A stretch of 59,956 nt of DNA, the filler included. It is 5 parts of 5 records of this genome, joined end to end, with 100 filler letters (N's around TTAATTAATTAA, not from the genome) between each part and the next. Parts side by side here need not be neighbours in the genome. Positions count along the whole stretch, not along the records: positions 8,219 to 14,761 come from DRR723986_10865; positions 14,862 to 22,935 come from DRR723986_10871; 3 more parts are not named here. One strand, 5' to 3'. The notes below the pieces were generated by a model. It was given only the letters and a program-made list of their open reading frames with translations, was not told the DNA's origin and searched no databases. Each line of letters starts with the position of its first letter. Within the stretch, counting starts at the first letter, position 1. Both the position numbers and the translations under genes were made by a program. Shown here in pieces: positions 9,489 to 21,200 of the stretch.

Positions 9489-10442
9489 ATGATAAACATC
9501 ACCGCCGATGAGATCCGCAAGCATTTGCCAATGGCGCAGGCCATTGAGGTGGTACAGGCCGCGATGGTTGCGGTGGCTGAGGGCAAGGCCAACCTGCCGC
9601 TTCGCAGTGTGATGGACATCGACGGTGTTAACAAACTGGGCATCATGCCGGGCGCGATGCGCGATCCGGTGCTCTACGGCGTCAAGATCCTCAGCTTGTT
9701 TCCCGGCAATCCGGCGCGGGGGTTGTCATCGCATATCGGGGTGGTGATCTTGTTTGATGCAGACACCGGCGCGCCCGTGGTCAGCATGGACGCGGATGCC
9801 CTGACCGCGATCCGAACTGCCGCCGCAACCGCTGCGGCGACCCGCGTTCTGGCCCGCAAGGATGCGCAGACCCTTGCGATTGTCGGAACGGGCGAACAGG
9901 CCGAAAGCCATATTGCGGCGCTCACGCAGGTGCGCGGCATTCGGGACATCCGCATCGCGGGCCGCAGCCCGGAGCGTGCGGAGGATTTCGTCGCGGCGCA
10001 GGCACAACATTATCCCGCAATCACATTTGCCGCATCACCGGATGTGCCTACGGCGGTGCGCGGTGCAGATATTGTTTGTACCGTGACCTCGTCAGCCGAG
10101 GTGATCTTGCAGGCGGAATGGATTGAGCCCGGCACCCATGTCAACGCTGTGGGCGCCTCCATTCCAAGTCTGCAAGAGATCGACAGCGCCCTGGTGGCGC
10201 AGGGCAGATTGTTTGTCGATTACAAACCCTCCGCCCTTGCACAGGCGCGCGATATCATTTCGGCGATTGATGCGGGTATGATGACGGAGGCGGATATCTG
10301 CGCCGAAATTGGCGATGTCTATCGGGGACTGGCCGCGGGGCGCAGAGCCGCGGATGAGATCACGGTTTATCGCTCGTTGGGCATTGCTGCGCAGGATCTG
10401 TTTTGCGCCGATCATGTGTGGCGGGCGGTCCGGGATCCCTGA
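9489..10442 (+). CDS. Ornithine cyclodeaminase / mu-crystallin family protein
   Basis: LTAIRTAAA, Rossmann IVGTGEQA, GTHVNAVGA, YRSLGIAAQDL. AAGGAAG precedes ATG 9489. Confidence 0.9.
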   Translation: MINITADEIRKHLPMAQAIEVVQAAMVAVAEGKANLPLRSVMDIDGVNKLGIMPGAMRDPVLYGVKILSLFPGNPARGLSSHIGVVILFDADTGAPVVSMDADALTAIRTAAATAAATRVLARKDAQTLAIVGTGEQAESHIAALTQVRGIRDIRIAGRSPERAEDFVAAQAQHYPAITFAASPDVPTAVRGADIVCTVTSSAEVILQAEWIEPGTHVNAVGASIPSLQEIDSALVAQGRLFVDYKPSALAQARDIISAIDAGMMTEADICAEIGDVYRGLAAGRRAADEITVYRSLGIAAQDLFCADHVWRAVRDP

Positions 10443-10669
10443 ACTGAGTGTTAGAGAACTGCCGCGGCTACGATTAAGGCGCGGTTAATTTCTCAGTATT
10501 CTGTTTAAGGCTCGATGTAAGGCGCAGAAATGTAAAGATAAAACAAGAGCCATTACCGATTTGCATGAGCGATTTGAAATTGGCATTGGCAACTTCCCGC
10601 CTGCATGTCTTAACAATTTGCCACCGATACAGGAGGCCAATGCTTGGCATCCGACAAGGAGGAAACACC

Positions 10670-12229
10670 ATGAATAAACTTATCCGCATTGCTGCGGCTG
10701 GCGTGATGACCGCCGCCCTCAGCACTGTTGCGCAGGCGGAGGTCACTGTGAAAGTGGCCTATGACGCCGATCCCGTTTCGCTTGACCCGCATGAGCAACT
10801 GTCCGGTGGCACGCTGCAACTGTCGCATATGGTTTTTGACCCGCTGGTGCGCTGGACACAGGACCTGCAATTCGAAGCGCGTCTGGCCCAAAGCTGGGAA
10901 CAGATCGACGCAACCACAACCCGCTTTCACCTGCGGGACGGCGTCAAGTTCCACTCCGGCAACGAACTGACCGCGGCTGACGTTGAGTGGACCTTTGACC
11001 GCCTGAAAGAAAGCCCTGACTTCAAGGGGATCTTCAGCCTGTTCACCGATGTGAAAGTGATTGACGAAGATACGTTTGATCTGATCACATCTGAGCCATA
11101 TCCGCTGGTGCTGCACACAGCGACCTACATCTTCCCGATGGACAGCAAATTCTACACCGGCACAACAGATGACGGAAAAGACAAAGCTGAACTGGTCAAG
11201 CACGGCGACAGCTTTGCCTCGCGCAACGTTTCCGGCACAGGCCCCTTCACGGTGACCGAGCGGGAGCAGGGCGTGAAAGTGGTCTTCGACCGTTTCGGCG
11301 GCTACTGGGACACAGCGACCAAAGGCAACGTGGACAAGATCGTTCTGACGCCGATCAAAGAAGACCCAACACGTGTGGCGGCCCTGCTGTCCGGTGATGT
11401 GGACTTTATCGCGCCGGTTCCACCAACCGATCTCAAGCGTGTTGAAGAGAACGACGGCACCAACCTGATCACCATGCCCGGCACACGTATCATCACCTTC
11501 CAGATGAACCAGAACCGTGTCGAAGCGTTCAAAGACGCCCGTGTGCGCAAGGCGATCGATTATGCCGTGAACAACGCCGGTATCGTTGACCGCATCATGC
11601 GCGGCTTTGGCACCGTGGGCGCACAGGCAAGCCCGGCAGGCTATCTGGGTCACGACCCGGCACTGACACCACGTTTCGATGTGGAAAAAGCCAAGGCGCT
11701 GATGGCCGAAGCTGGCTATGCGGATGGTTTCGAAGTGACGATGATGGCCCCAAACAACCGCTATGTGAACGACGACAAGATCGCACAGGCGGTGGCGTCC
11801 ATGCTGTCCAAGATCAACATCAAAGTTGACCTGCAGACCATGCCAAAGGCCCAATACTGGCCCAAATTCGACGAACGCGCGGCTGACATGATGATGATCG
11901 GCTGGCATTCGGACACCGAAGATTCGGCGAACTTCCACCAGTTCCTGTCTGCCTGCCCTGATGAGGCAACCGGCAATGGCCAATACAACTCCGGCAACTA
12001 CTGTAACGCCGAAGCGGATGCGTTGATGAATGCATCCAACAGCGAAACCGACGCAGGCAAGCGCGGCGCAATGCTGCAAAAGCTGGAAGGTATCCTGTAC
12101 GAAGAAGCGGCGTTTATCCCGCTGCATTGGCAGAACCTCGCATGGGGCGCCCGCAAAGGTGTCCATGCAGAAGCCATCGTGAATGCGCTGAACTTCCCAT
12201 ACTTCGGCGATCTCGTTGTAGATAAATAA
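10670..12229 (+). CDS. ABC transporter substrate-binding protein, family 5 (Dpp/Opp-like)
   Basis: Signal peptide, DPVSLDP, FHLRDGVKFHSG, GTGPF, RVRKAI. AGGAGG precedes ATG 10670. Confidence 0.92.
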   Translation: MNKLIRIAAAGVMTAALSTVAQAEVTVKVAYDADPVSLDPHEQLSGGTLQLSHMVFDPLVRWTQDLQFEARLAQSWEQIDATTTRFHLRDGVKFHSGNELTAADVEWTFDRLKESPDFKGIFSLFTDVKVIDEDTFDLITSEPYPLVLHTATYIFPMDSKFYTGTTDDGKDKAELVKHGDSFASRNVSGTGPFTVTEREQGVKVVFDRFGGYWDTATKGNVDKIVLTPIKEDPTRVAALLSGDVDFIAPVPPTDLKRVEENDGTNLITMPGTRIITFQMNQNRVEAFKDARVRKAIDYAVNNAGIVDRIMRGFGTVGAQASPAGYLGHDPALTPRFDVEKAKALMAEAGYADGFEVTMMAPNNRYVNDDKIAQAVASMLSKINIKVDLQTMPKAQYWPKFDERAADMMMIGWHSDTEDSANFHQFLSACPDEATGNGQYNSGNYCNAEADALMNASNSETDAGKRGAMLQKLEGILYEEAAFIPLHWQNLAWGARKGVHAEAIVNALNFPYFGDLVVDK

Positions 12230-12245
12230 ATCGCGGTCAACGTGA

Positions 12246-12293
12246 CACCTGTCCGGGGCGGGCCTATGCCGCCCCGGATTCTTGATGACAGGT
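12246..12293 (+). terminator. Intercistronic stem-loop after the binding-protein gene (mRNA stabiliser or partial terminator)
   Basis: TCCGGGGCG...CGCCCCGGA inverted repeat inside an outer ACCTGTC...GACAGGT pairing, followed by a T-run. Confidence 0.55.
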
Positions 12294-12357
12294 TGTTTTT
12301 TCGTGGGCGGTGCTATGGTGGCCGCGCATCAACAAACGACATAACAGGTTAGAAAAT

Positions 12358-13338
12358 ATGCTCGCCTATCTCGTGAAACGCGTGTTCCAGGCCATCGCAG
12401 TGATGCTTGTCATCTCGCTGGTTGGTTTTGCCATTCAAGACAATCTGGGGGATCCGCTGCGCGAACTTGTCGGGCAATCGGTGTCAGAGGAAGTGCGTCA
12501 GGAACTGCGCGATGAGCTGGGCCTGAATGACAGCTTTTTCAAGCAATACACCCGGTTCCTGGGCAATGCATTGCAGGGCGATCTTGGCACCAGCTATTTC
12601 TTCAAGGAACCGGCGCTGGATGTGATCTTGAAAAAGCTGCCCGCCACGCTTGAACTGGTGCTGGGCGCGACCTTGATCATCGTCGGCTTTTCCGTTCCGC
12701 TGGGCGTTTATACCGCGATCAAACCCAACACGATCCTGAGCCGCCTTATCATGGGCATCTCGATTGTCGGCATTTCCATTCCGGTGTTCCTGACCGCGAT
12801 TTTGATGATCTTTGTCTTTTCCGTCGAATTTGGCTGGCTGCCCTCATATGGGCGCGGTGATGTCGTGAATGTTTTTGGCTATTGGGACACCAACTTTGCC
12901 ACTTTGGATGGCTGGGCGCATATCCTGCTGCCGTCGCTGGCGCTGGCCTCGATCATGCTGCCGCTGTTTGTGCGCCTGATCCGGGCCGAGATGATGGAAG
13001 TGTTGCAAAGCGAATATGTGAAATACGCCAAGGCCAAGGGCATCCGGCCTTATCGGATCTACTTTGTGCATGCGCTCAAGAACACATTGTTGCCGGTGAT
13101 CACCGTGGGCGGTGTGCAGATCGGCACGATGGTCGCCTATACGATCCTGACCGAAACCGTGTTTCAGTGGCCCGGTATGGGCTTTATGTTCCTGGAGGCC
13201 GTGAACCGTGTCGATACACCGCTGATCGTCGCCTATCTGATTGTTGTTGGGTTCATCTTTGTGCTGACCAACACAGTGGTCGATCTGATTTACGGGCTGG
13301 TCAATCCAACCGTTAACCTTGCGAGGATGGGGGCATGA
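12358..13338 (+). CDS. Peptide ABC transporter permease (DppB/OppB-like)
   Basis: GDLGTS, LPATLEL, EAA-type loop YVKYAKAKG, ETVFQWPGMG. Confidence 0.92.
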   Translation: MLAYLVKRVFQAIAVMLVISLVGFAIQDNLGDPLRELVGQSVSEEVRQELRDELGLNDSFFKQYTRFLGNALQGDLGTSYFFKEPALDVILKKLPATLELVLGATLIIVGFSVPLGVYTAIKPNTILSRLIMGISIVGISIPVFLTAILMIFVFSVEFGWLPSYGRGDVVNVFGYWDTNFATLDGWAHILLPSLALASIMLPLFVRLIRAEMMEVLQSEYVKYAKAKGIRPYRIYFVHALKNTLLPVITVGGVQIGTMVAYTILTETVFQWPGMGFMFLEAVNRVDTPLIVAYLIVVGFIFVLTNTVVDLIYGLVNPTVNLARMGA

Positions 13339-14279
13339 GCATGACCACAACCGCCGCCGAGGCCTCCCGCTGGAGCCGTATGTGGAACTCCAACATGGGC
13401 TACAGCTTTCGCCGCAATCCCGTGGCGGTCGTTTCACTGGCGATCTTTGTCATCATCACCGCGATGTCGCTGCTGGCACCGCTGATTGCACCGTTTGACC
13501 CATATGATCCGGCGCAGATCGACATCATGAACAGTGAATACCCGCCGGTCTGGGTGGATGGGGCAGATGCACAATTCATGTTCGGCACCGATGATCAGGG
13601 GCGCGATCTGTGGTCCACCATCCTTTATGGCACGCGGCTTTCGCTGTTGATCGGGCTTTGTGCTGTGGCGTTGCAGGCGTTTCTGGGCATCTCAATCGGG
13701 CTGATTGCGGGCTATGTCGGTGGGCGTCTGGACAGCTTGCTGATGCGTATGGCCGATATTCAGCTGTCGTTTTCCACGCTGATGGTGGCGATCATTTTCC
13801 TTGCGGTGACGCAGGCGATGTTCGGGTCCGAGACCTTTAACCAATATGCGGTGTACTTCCTGATTGCCGTGATCGGCGTGGCCGAATGGCCGCAATACGC
13901 GCGCACAGTGCGGGCCACCGTGCTGGCCGAGAAAAAGAAAGAATACGTCGACAGCGCCCGTGTGCTGGGCTTTGGCCCCTTGCGGATCATGGTGCGGCAC
14001 ATCCTGCCCAATTCGCTGTCTCCGATCTTTGTGATTTCCACCGTACAGGTCGCCAATGCAATCATTTCCGAGGCCTCGCTCAGCTTTCTGGGGTTGGGTA
14101 TGCCGCCCAGTCAGCCCTCGCTTGGCTCACTGATTTCATCGGGCTTTGACTACATCTTTTCCGGCAGTTGGTGGATCACCGCCATCCCCGGTGTGGTGCT
14201 GGTGGTGCTGGTGCTGGTGATCAACCTTCTGGGCGATTGGATGCGCGATGTCCTGAACCCTAAACTGTATAAGGGTTAA
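13335..14279 (+). CDS. Peptide ABC transporter permease (DppC/OppC-like)
   Basis: FGTDDQGRDL, EYVDSARVLG, RHILPN, EASLSFLGLG. ATGA overlap with the upstream permease. Confidence 0.92.
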   Translation: MSMTTTAAEASRWSRMWNSNMGYSFRRNPVAVVSLAIFVIITAMSLLAPLIAPFDPYDPAQIDIMNSEYPPVWVDGADAQFMFGTDDQGRDLWSTILYGTRLSLLIGLCAVALQAFLGISIGLIAGYVGGRLDSLLMRMADIQLSFSTLMVAIIFLAVTQAMFGSETFNQYAVYFLIAVIGVAEWPQYARTVRATVLAEKKKEYVDSARVLGFGPLRIMVRHILPNSLSPIFVISTVQVANAIISEASLSFLGLGMPPSQPSLGSLISSGFDYIFSGSWWITAIPGVVLVVLVLVINLLGDWMRDVLNPKLYKG

Positions 14280-14284
14280 GCGCC

Positions 14285-14761
14285 ATGTCTTTGCTTTCTG
14301 TACGCGACCTGACCGTCAAATTCGCCATGCGTGAGAACACGGTGACCGCGCTCGACAACATCAGCTTTGATCTGGCCAAGGGCGAGCGTTTGGGCATTGT
14401 CGGGGAATCCGGTGCGGGCAAATCCATCACCGGCTTTTCGTTGATGAACCTGCTCAGCCGTCCGGGATTTATCGACCACGGCAAGATCCTGTTTGAGGGG
14501 GACGACATTGTGAAGATGTCCGAATCCCAGATGCGTGGCATTCGTGGCAACCGTATGGCGATGATCTTTCAGGATCCGATGGTGACGCTCAATCCGGTTC
14601 TGACAATTGGCCAGCAGATGGTCGAGACCCTGATGGCGCATCGCAAGCTGAGCAAGGCGGAGGCGGAACAGATCGCCGTGGTCAAACTGCGTGAGGTCTA
14701 TATCCCGTCGCCTGAAGAACGGCTGGCACAATACCCGCACGAGCTGTCCGGCGGGATGCGC
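14285..14761 (+). CDS. Peptide ABC transporter ATP-binding protein (DppD-like), cut by contig end
   Basis: Walker A GESGAGKS, Q-loop IFQDPM, signature YPHELSGGMR. Confidence 0.92.
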
Positions 14762-14861
14762 NNNNNNNNNNNNNNNNNNNNNNNNNNNNNNNNNNNNNNN
14801 NNNNNTTAATTAATTAANNNNNNNNNNNNNNNNNNNNNNNNNNNNNNNNNNNNNNNNNNNN
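14762..14861. other. Artificial contig linker
   Basis: N-run/TTAATTAATTAA/N-run, 100 nt. Confidence 0.98.
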
Positions 14862-14873
14862 GGAGCGGCTGGC

Positions 14874-14978
14874 TCAAACAAGAAAATTCTTTGTTAGTAA
14901 ACCAAGCAAGGACATTAATCCACCGCTTCGCCCATAAAGACTACCGGAAGCTGCCGCTGTTTTATTGATGGTTGACAT
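14874..14978 (-). CDS. Possible 34-aa small protein (MSTINKTAAASGSLYGRSGGLMSLLGLLTKNFLV)
   Basis: Read by hand: ATG at 14978 to TGA at 14876-14874, followed directly by the first arm of a terminator-like repeat. Below the ORF-track cutoff. Confidence 0.25.
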   Translation of the reverse strand: MSTINKTAAASGSLYGRSGGLMSLLGLLTKNFLV

Positions 14979-15169
14979 GAGTTAAACGGTCAATCGGCTA
15001 TTCAGTAGAAGTTTACACTTGCGGCAAAGAGCAAGTATCGAATATTAAACATCAAAAACTTAACATTCGCTGACCAGAGGCTTCCTTCAATGCTCAGAGT
15101 GTACACTTTCAAATGATCGAACGAAGCAGTTTCGAATTTTGTGGGAGCTGATCTTCATACTATCCAAAG

Positions 15170-15199
15170 ATGCCGGAGTTCAATGAAGAACTCCGGCAT
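15170..15199 (-). terminator. Intrinsic terminator-like hairpin downstream of the RHS gene
   Basis: Perfect 12-bp stem ATGCCGGAGTTC / GAACTCCGGCAT with 6-nt loop, about 30 nt past the RHS stop. Confidence 0.7.
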
Positions 15200-15231
15200 A
15201 AATGTAACCGCTTCGAACCTCAAGAGAGAGT

Positions 15232-18200
15232 CTATTTAAAGAACCATCCTCCGGTTCCAAAATTATTAAGTTCATACCTAAAGGCTCGAACCTCCAATGG
15301 GTCCGTGCGGTATGGCCCAGAGTAATAGTATTCGTCGACAGTTACACCATTATGAAATTCTCTCGCATGAAAATACTCATGGAATACTGTCCCTTTAACG
15401 ACATTCCTGCCTACCCCTCGATACCATCGATTAATGTACCTACGATTTATCGCAACAACTTGATTGTTCGATTTCACGATACCATTTGTTTCTTGAATTC
15501 CTCGCGGCGTTGTAACCCCGAATAGCCTTAAACTTCTCGGTAGTCTAGTACTGCGAAATTTCGTTGTTTCAAACACATCTTGCCCGTGATGCGCTATAAG
15601 TTCATCTTTATACTCTTCTAACATTTGTTCTCTTTTCTCCGCATGGGTGACAGCAGGAGCATATGTAAAGGTCATACTGTAGCCAAAACTAGGGCTAAAT
15701 GTTATGCCTCCACTTCCATACGCGAAACCAAAAGCGTTTGCGCTGGCTCCACCATTTTGAGAATAATTAACTCCGATAGAGCTCAGGTTATTTCCAATAC
15801 CACTGCTGCCTGTAAAAGACAGCACGCCATAATTCAACCCGGCGGTATAGCCTGATTCAGTACCATAACCGACGGAAGCTGTTAGCCCTGATACGGTTCC
15901 ACCAAGACTCGCAAAGACATCACTATTATCAATGCCATATCCGACAGTCACTTGCGAACTTAAAACACCGGGAGTTCCGATTCCAGCTGTGAGACCGACA
16001 TACATTCCTCCACCGGCACTCATGCTAATCCATGGCACCACGAATGCCGGTACATTCCCACTAGGATCAGAGTACTTCAATGGATTATTGAGAACATAAG
16101 CATAGCGATCGTAGCTCTGTGCTGTGCGGAGATCTGGCACATAATTATCAGGACAGAGCATTCGACCTACGATCGGGTCGTACAAGCGTCCATTCATGTG
16201 AATTAAACAAAACTCTGCCAAGTGTTCGTGGCCGGTATAACCACGCCACAGCCAGGACGGCTTCACAGGGGTATACTGATCCGTCGGAGTGCCCTGCCAG
16301 GTCTGCTCATCGCGGTAGCGTCCCCAGGAATCATAACTTATGTCTGCGACTACTCCTCCCCCCATGTCAGTCACGACACAGATTGACCCCAAATAATCTC
16401 TGTAAACACCGTACGCTTGCGGAGACTGACCGGTAGTTGTCACGACCATCGCGCAGAGGCCGTCACCGCCGCTGATGTAGTCGACCATCTGCCAGACATT
16501 CGTAGCGGGGTCAAACTCATATTCCGCATTCACACCATAATAGCGCTTGGTAATGTTGCCCTGACCGTCGTCAAGTGTCATCAGTTTACGCCTGTGCAAA
16601 CCGTCATACGAATAGGTAGCCTGCTTGCCCGATCCATTCGTAATCTCCAGAGGATCCTGATTGAAATTGTATTTTATATTATGTGCCTCCGGAGTCTGTA
16701 CGGGAGGGGCGCTGAAGTTAATCTGGCGAACAGCGTGAAGTTTGACCGGATTGTACGTATAGACCCCTAGCCCCGACTGGAAATCGATTATTCCCTGTGA
16801 ACCATATTTCATGGTGAGGTTAAGCGTTGCATTGAGCCGTACTTCTTCCAGGCGATCGTAATCGTCATAGCTGAAACTTTCCTGAACACCTGTCAGGAGA
16901 TTGCTCCTGCTGACAAGGTTGGCCGTCACTGCATCAAACTGATATTCACGCGCGAATGTACCGGCGGCATTGATCACCGCCGGCCGGCCAAAAGAATCAT
17001 ATGTACGACTGCTGATAATACCATTGCCAAGGGTATATCTCGTCCACTGTCCATAAGCATTCTGTCCGTGGCCATCAAAGTATATTGTAGAATTGCCCGC
17101 ATCAACAAGCTGATCAAGGTAGCCCGTGGCTGTGTAAATATAATTAACTACCGTTCCGCTGTGCCAGGTCTCCTGTGATAAGCGTCCCAGGGAATTGTAG
17201 TCGTAGCCGGCCACAAAGGTCTGACCTGCGATATTTTCCGTGACTTTGCTTATCTGGCCATTGTTTGTGTAATCATATGAGGTCGTCACACCATTTGGCG
17301 AAACCATTTGCGCTATCTGTCCTATACCAGGCCCACTGTTGAAATAGCTGTAGGTGAAGACGCCTTCAGGTGTAGATTTCTGTAGAATACGGCCCAGTTC
17401 ATCATAGAGAAAACCATTGACCTGCTCACCCTTGGCATCTTCCTGATCTATCAGTTCGCCCAGCGCATTGTATTGATAGGTTGTGACGCCTGAATTAACT
17501 TCATCCAAAGCTGTCTGAAGACCACTTTGCAGATCATAGCTCGCAACACTCATCACCTGTCCGTCAACAGTCACACTGAGAATATCACCTGTGCTGGTGT
17601 AATCATACTCGATTATCCTGTTATGGTCAAAAACCTTAAACACCCTGCCTGAGCCATCGCGGTGTTCGGTCTTTTTTACACCATCGGCACGTTCGGTCGT
17701 GACGGCAATAGTACGTGCTGTGGTATAGACAAATGGAGCATTACCCGTCATCGTGTAATTGTTAATTACGGTGTTAACAGGAGGCTGCCCTGCAGCATAG
17801 CGCGACTGGCTAACAACACGACCCAGTTCGTCATATCCAAGACTGACTGTTTCCTGCTCGGTCGCACCTTCGAAAGGCGTGCTGCTTTGCCGCACCTTGC
17901 CGAAATGATCGTAGTGAGTATAGTTGCGATTTTTTTGACCTACGTCATAACCTTGCATTTCTTGCAGACGTTCGCGCCCCAAACGATCATACCACACCAC
18001 ACTACTTTTACCCAGAGAGAGCGTGCTTGTCAGCACCCTATAAAGAACATCCGCAGCACCGACCTGAGCTATCGGCAGCGTTTGACTTAACGACCACTGG
18101 CGATCGATGGTTGTGACATTACCAAAAGCATCGGTATTTGACACTAACCGATGCAGATCATCGTACAAATTTGTCGTTACGTTATTTGCGTTGACCGCCG

Positions 18201-21200
18201 CATGCACGAGTACATTGCCACTTATGGCATCGTACTGCCACTCTTCGGTATACCCTAATGGGCTCACCTGCTTCTCCAGGAATCGCTCTTCCGCATCGTA
18301 AAAGTATTCCGTTAGTCGTACGGGAGCACTATGATTAAACACAGTCTGTGTACTCTGATCAAGAGAACCCATCGCTGTATAGCCATGCTCAATCTTAACC
18401 TGTGGGGATAGCCCCCCGCCAAGAAGTGGATAGTGTTGTTGCTCTTCCTTAACAGCACCGGTTACGATGTCGTAGTCATACGTTACGATGTTATGGAGTG
18501 TTGGCTGCCCCTGCCGCGTTGTTTCTACATCCCTACGTGTTACTGACGAAGGAATATGTGTGCCGAACTGTCCATACTGAAGTGCAGTTACTTCGGTCTC
18601 AAGCCCGCCGGCACGGTCGATGGTAATTTTGGTGGGATTGCCGTACTCCAGAGCATTCGGCGCCGAATAGTCATAGGTGGTCTCCACCGTGTATCCCTCT
18701 ATATTAAAGCCCTCAATAACATAACCTGGTTGGCCCACCGTGCGGCTGTCAGCGCTCAAAGGCAAGTCGAGATAGGTGGTCTCGCGGCTGTAGAGGTTCC
18801 CGTGCATTGTACGTGTTGGAGCGAAGGTAATACCACCTGCCTCACCGACGGGCGGAGAAGTCAGACTGCGATGGAACTTCTGCACTCTAGGAATGTAGAG
18901 CGGTCCCAATTCATACAATGTGTGATTGAGAAACACCTTGTCGCTGCCCGAAACATTCCCCAAGTTCATCGTTGCTCCGTAGCGTTCTTCGAACTCCACA
19001 GCAGTGAAGCCGAGAAACCCTTTCCCCTCCAAATGGAAGCGCGCCTCACGATAGAAATAGTGTTTCTCCAAACGTCCATTCTCATAGATACTCTGTTTAA
19101 CACCACTGCCGTCAGGTTCATCTAGCACATGTGTTACAAACAGAGGCTTGTGCAATTCCATCAGAGGATAAGCCGGTAATGCCTGATGAGTGGCTGCCGG
19201 AGTATACAGATAGCGTGGACTGTCACCGGCAATCGATGCATAGGAGACCTCAACGATCTCTTTTAATCCAGTCGAGGCGATGTGCATCAGGCCGGGTTTA
19301 CGGTCGTCACTGTTGAAGTCGGTTATGTTAAAGTAACTGAATATGTCTCTGGCGCTGAAGAGTTCGGTAGCTCCGTCGCCTTCAATATCGAGCAGGCGGG
19401 TCAGACCGTGCCCACGAATTGCGGTATTGCTCAACACACCACTTTCCGCACTCAGCTGCAGACCATAGCTGTAATGCAACTCCCACTGAGTCGAGTTAGA
19501 GTTAATATCATAATTGGTCCATAGAATATCCGCCTTACCGTCACCATTGCAGTCGGCAACGCGGATTGCGGCTTCCGAAGGATTAACAATATCCAGGTTT
19601 AAGGGATTGACCTGCCAGAGATGTTCAAAGTTCGTACCGTTTGACAGCCAGATATTCCACCAGAGACGATCAGTCGAACGTAAGATATCAGTCTTGCCAT
19701 CGCCGTTATAATCACCAAATCTGAAATGATGAGTATGATTGAGATTAGTAAGAACATCGAACTTTTGTGCCGCTACTTGCTGCGATCCAGGGGTAAAAAT
19801 AAACTCCCACACATCGTTATATGTACCGCCGGCACCGAGTTGAATAATGTCATTGCGGCCGTCGCCATCCATATCCAATGGGTATACTCTATCATTGAAG
19901 CCCCAATCCAAACCCTGCTGATTTGGAATACCCGAGACGCTGAAAGGAGCAGTGTTAATCCGCGGACAATAAATAACTGGTTGGGAATCATTGTGAATAT
20001 GATTACTCTGCTCTTTCAGCCCATCGGTAAAAGCACAATAGAGGTCACGAGCGTTGTCACCGTTAAAATCGCCCGTTGTGAAGAAATTATCCTCGCCCAC
20101 ATAATTGTCGGCGGGGATAATCATACTCTGAGCAGGAGCAAAGCTGGTCTGATAGCCATGGCATTCGGAGTAATAGAAACGGACCTCATCTATTTTGAAG
20201 AACTTTTCTGTTTGTAAACCGAAAGGGCCAACCTTGCGTTTTTCCTCGCGGCCGTGCGCCGTTACAATGTCGTCCTTTCCATCACCGTTGAAGTCACCTA
20301 CCTCACACAGAACCATTCCCTCATTACTATTATTGTTTGCATGAAACTTGGCTTTGGTATCGAGAATCACACCCAAAGTGATGGAAAGAGGGGCCGATGA
20401 ATTGAAAGTACCGTTGCCCGAGCCGCTGCCGAGAAATATATTGGCAGCGCTGTACCCCTTAAAACCATTGTGATTATAATAGATTTCCGCCCGCAACAGA
20501 TCACTGACTCCATCACCATTGAAATCACCGGGAAGGTAGTCGTATGTACCTGCCAGTATCAGGGTCTGCGAGTTTTCAATATTGTGTCCTGCATCCCAGT
20601 AACTAAATCGCGTAGAATTGTACTCGAGTGTACCATTCGACTCTTTGATCTCGTTCAAATAACTGTAATTGTCCTGAAACGCATAGAGGAACTCATAGCG
20701 TTTGTAGCTTTGGCTACCCACTTTAACATCAATGGCACTAAGTAGCTTGTCCATTCTCATGACGTTTTCCTCGCGCGTCATGTATAGCTGGTTCTCATCA
20801 GTGCGGGTGCCCGTGGAGTAAATGAAGTCGATACTGGCAAACGGTGCATTACCAGTCTGACTGTTTCCGGTATACGCAACGTAGTCAAGGTGGGGCTCGC
20901 CGTCGTTCCAGAAATCATAGGCATATGTCATGTAGTTACCAAAGCGGTCGGTGGCTTTGTTAATACTCCATATTAACACCTTTTGCCCCGTTCCATCCAA
21001 TGTACGAGCCAACGTGTGGTTCCCATATTCAAGGACCATACCACTCTTGGTCTCGACTTCAAACCACAGCGGGCCGCTGCCCAGCTGCCCATGTGAGGTG
21101 ATTTTAACATAATTCTCCTGCTCGCCACCGTAGACGGTGGCATTAGCACCATAAACACCCTGGAGAGCGAAGAGCCTATTGCCATCGAGAGCAAACCGCT

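Noticed and set aside
10610-12166. 518-aa minus-strand ORF
   Set aside because: Antisense shadow of the ABC binding-protein gene, with no motifs; expected from biased codon usage.
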